64,000 bases of DNA from assembly GCF_963853765.1 (NCBI RefSeq), contig NC_088856.1, forward strand, positions 6,200,001-6,264,000, given 5' to 3'. How positions within the stretch are numbered: the stretch's first letter is position 1; every line of letters begins with the position of its first letter. The notes beneath the pieces are model-generated. The model made no database searches and had not been told where the DNA came from. It saw only the letters and a program-made list of their open reading frames with translations. Below, one piece after another: positions 60,532-64,000 of this stretch. The stretch is from Magallana gigas (lineage: Eukaryota). Position numbers and translations under genes: made by a program.

Positions 60532-62254
60532 TGATTAATGATTTCTGGGGGTGTTAAAACGTTATCTACCGAATTAAATAATTGTATTTTTACTTATGAT
60601 CAGACTTATATTCATGAGACTTATAGTTAGACAACATAGTTGCTGTTATTCTGTATCATCTATCTATAGAATAATTACGATTATGTATGTTCTCTTTTTA
60701 TTTTATTCAGCGCCTGACAGTTGTGTATTATTACATTTCGAGAAGAACTCGTAATTTGTACGAACTTGGTTCTGATCCTTTATATATATGCATACAGTGA
60801 AATATGTTCATTTCAAGCCTTACATTTCTTCTCCCTATTCATTTCGTTAACACTTCGGATTGTGATTCTGTTTCCTTCCATTCTGTTTTATTGTACACAA
60901 TAGAAAACTTTTACCATTCCTGAAATCTTTTTGACGGGTTAGCAAAATACTGTATACGTTCTTATAATATTTCTTTATTCAAAGCGGACTCAAAATGGCC
61001 GACTGTTTTGAAACCGTTTCCTTTTTAATTTGCCAATACTGTGTGCATATGCCACTCATTATAGATAAAGCAATCTATTAACTATAGAGTTTGATAAAAA
61101 TTGCATATTTTGGGAAATTTTTACCCGCTGCAATTAAGAGTTTTAAAACAGTATTTTAAAATATTTATTAGATGGAACAATAGCTGATGACATAAAAAAA
61201 TACTTTTCTATATATTAAACATGAAATAAATAGTCTTTGACAAAATTACAAGGAATAAAAAGAAAAAATCCAATGGAAACACACAAAACTTGAAATGATA
61301 GGTTCTGTGTGACAATGGTACCATATGATATCAATATTTGTTCTATGTGGTGGTCCTTTTCAATGAGTTTTGATTCATTGGTGTTGAGGAGACAACAATA
61401 CCTGCCTAGCAACTATATCTCTCAGCACCATAGTGTCCACACGATACTCTGGTAATGGCGGTCATTAATCTACGTAACGCCCACAGAAATCCAGTACTTC
61501 CTGTTAGTATGAAAAAACAATTGAAATTTTATCCTTCTTTTTTTTTTATTAAAACCATTTAAAAGTACAAAAATAAAAAAATACAGACATGAGTATTGTT
61601 TAAAAGATAGCTTGTAGTTGAAAAACTTGCTTTGAAAATCAAACAATGTATACTATCTATAGGCGATTTTTAAATTGTAATTTCAAGCATCATTTTTTAA
61701 ATTAGGTGCTATAGATATATCACTTCTAATCTTTTTGCTGGTACCTAAACACATATATAAAAATTGTAGAAATTAATTCACCATTTTGATTCATCGGTAG
61801 TCCGAGGTATTAATAGATCATTGGTTTGAGTATTTGAAATTATTTGATGTGTGTGTGAGTGGGGGGGGGGGGGTATTCTTAAGAATTATTGTCTTTAAAT
61901 AATAAAAGAATTGCAAAAGATTTTTGGAAAAATTGTCATGGTTTTATTTGAAATATTTTTATGCCTACTGCTACTAAGTTATTCAAATGATTGAGCATTA
62001 TGAAATTAAAAATCTCATTTTGAAGTGTTAAGCTAAAATTTTGCAAGGACTCCTGGAATCAAGTTTTTTTTTTAGCTTACGAAGAGTCAAACTGTAATTC
62101 AAAAACAGTTTGATCATGCTAGATTAATATTCTTAACTGTCCAAGTAGTTCATCTCCTTAGAGTTAGAAACATTTTTTATGCTATCTCTACTTATAGGAC
62201 TTAATATCAAAACACAAAAGTCAGAAGGATATAATGGTACCGTCATCCCCGTCA

Positions 62255-62346
62255 TGTTGTAAATTTTGAATTTACCGGGAGGCATTATATACAAAGTATG
62301 TAAATTTTGTATCAACCCCCACCCGTTAAATTCAAAATTTACAACA
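62255..62346. mobile_element. Mini-MITE or hairpin with perfect 20-bp arms
   Basis: TGTTGTAAATTTTGAATTTA (62255-62274) and TAAATTCAAAATTTACAACA (62327-62346); the right end continues as ACAG|ta. Confidence 0.7.
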
Positions 62347-64000
62347 GTACAGTTCGACCTTTTTACCGAAATTCATTTTGAATTCAAAGAGGTTCCGTTT
62401 CTTTGTTTTACTCATGATATCTTACAACAAACTTCATCCCTTTTATCAACTCTTTCTTAAAAAAAAAATAGGAGAAAAAAAAAAATATTTGAAAGACAAT
62501 CAGTTTTAAGGAGAAGCCCTGATATTGATATACATGTAGATATATGTGTGGCTGTAACTGATTTGGTTTGATTTGAACATATTTTATTATGCAAATATAC
62601 ATTTACATAAATGAATTGGGCAGCAGGCAATGCCTTTGTAAGCCTTCTTCTCCATCAGTGGCTGTGACTACTTGTGTAAGTAATGGTAGAGGGTTATATG
62701 TCTGACCGAAAACCTCACCCTCTCTGATAACAGCCATTTATCTACGTGTGGCACCATTATCTAGAAATATAAGTAAGAATCATGTCCTCAAACTGGACTA
62801 CTGTCAACCGTCTCCGGAACGCCGTGTTTATATATCTGAAAAAAATCAAATTTTCATTACCACTTTGTTCAAATGAAAATTATGAAGGTTCTCTTTACAA
62901 TTGGGCCTAGCTTTTTACCTTCTGATATTATTCAGATTTTTGTAGATTATTAATTATTCACCGTGGATCAGTTCAAGTTTTGACAGGTTGATCTGATCTT
63001 AATGCACTCTCGTTACCCGTGCAGTTCAAAAGAACCAGACTTAGATCATATACCCGACCATATACCCAAGGCAGTGAGGCAAGCGACCCTGGATTATTAG
63101 TTCAAAAATAAAAAAGAACAGGAAATGCATGTGTGAATCGAGGTTCCTCGGACAAAAGCATCGTCCCCATACAAAGGTTCATTATAATTTTCTATTTTTT
63201 CGTAGATTCTAAAAGCCAATAAATTTTAATGGGACCAAGGACAAGTCTGACGCGATTGAAAATAAAAAAAATTTCGACCGCGACTCAGCCCGAAAATCAA
63301 TATGGCCTTATGTTAACTGGCAGTTAAACAAACTAGGGTCCTTTTATACCCGTTCTAGTTCTTTGTCCAATGCCTATCAATATGTATTCAACTGGTAGAA
63401 AACCCGCGTACACGATATTGAATGTAGGGTTATCGTCTCCGCCACTACGGGTTTCTTTATGCCTTGATGTGCGATAACGTTTCCAATTGTTTTTAACGAA
63501 GCGAGCTAATTGTTGGCCGAATAATCTGATTCAGATATCATTGAGACCATTGTAAGAGCCGATATGTATGTATTAATATTTATGTAGGCTCGCCGCGAGA
63601 CTGTCATATTCTCTGGACGAGTCCAACTGCAGAACTGCGTGAGTCGTGCATGGATTAATAGAGTGCGCATGCTCAATGATGGTGAAAAATTAAGGGAAAT
63701 ATTTTCTAAAGGTAGGAGGATAAATTTTATGATTTATTTTTTTCATCAAATATCATTGTCAATATATCAATTGAATTTAAATTTTCAGGCGATTCAGTTA
63801 AACAGTTGCAAGAGACATGTATTTAGATTTTATCATATCTATATACATTTATGTAGTTGTTTATCTTATTAAATGTATGCAGCGGGTATTATCAACAGCA
63901 TTTTCAAGCTAAAGCAAGAAAAGAGAAAATAATCATATGACAGTATTTGTGTAAAAAAAAATGATAATAATTCATCATTATATATATTTCGGAAAGATAA

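Noticed and set aside
60276-60557. ORFs spanning the N run
   Set aside because: Artefacts of the assembly gap

Overview
Eukaryotic, AT-rich, intron-rich genomic DNA. The repeat types suggest a bivalve, probably an oyster (inference). Two complete + strand spliced genes could be assembled by hand with consistent splice phases. (1) An SR-protein kinase (SRPK): 15 coding exons, 912-24015, 671 aa in my model, with one U12-type (minor spliceosome) intron. (2) A MOV10-type Upf1-like SF1 RNA helicase: 16 coding exons, 27329-43790, 1099 aa in my model, with an extra matrin/U1-type C2H2 zinc finger in its N-terminal region. SRPK intron 3 holds an unexplained 420-codon sense-strand ORF (12056-13318) that may be an alternative exon or a nested gene. 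At least six tandem duplications or minisatellites start exactly at an exon end and copy its 5' splice site, creating arrays of decoy donors. Introns and the region from 45.4 to 64 kb, where I found no recognisable coding exons, are filled with non-autonomous DNA elements: TA-flanked CTGT..ACAG MITEs, TTAA-flanked Kolobok-like MITEs, an 11-bp-TSD foldback element, Helentron/HINE-like satellite carriers and hairpin elements. There is a 147-N assembly gap. No CRISPR array, rRNA or intact tRNA was found.
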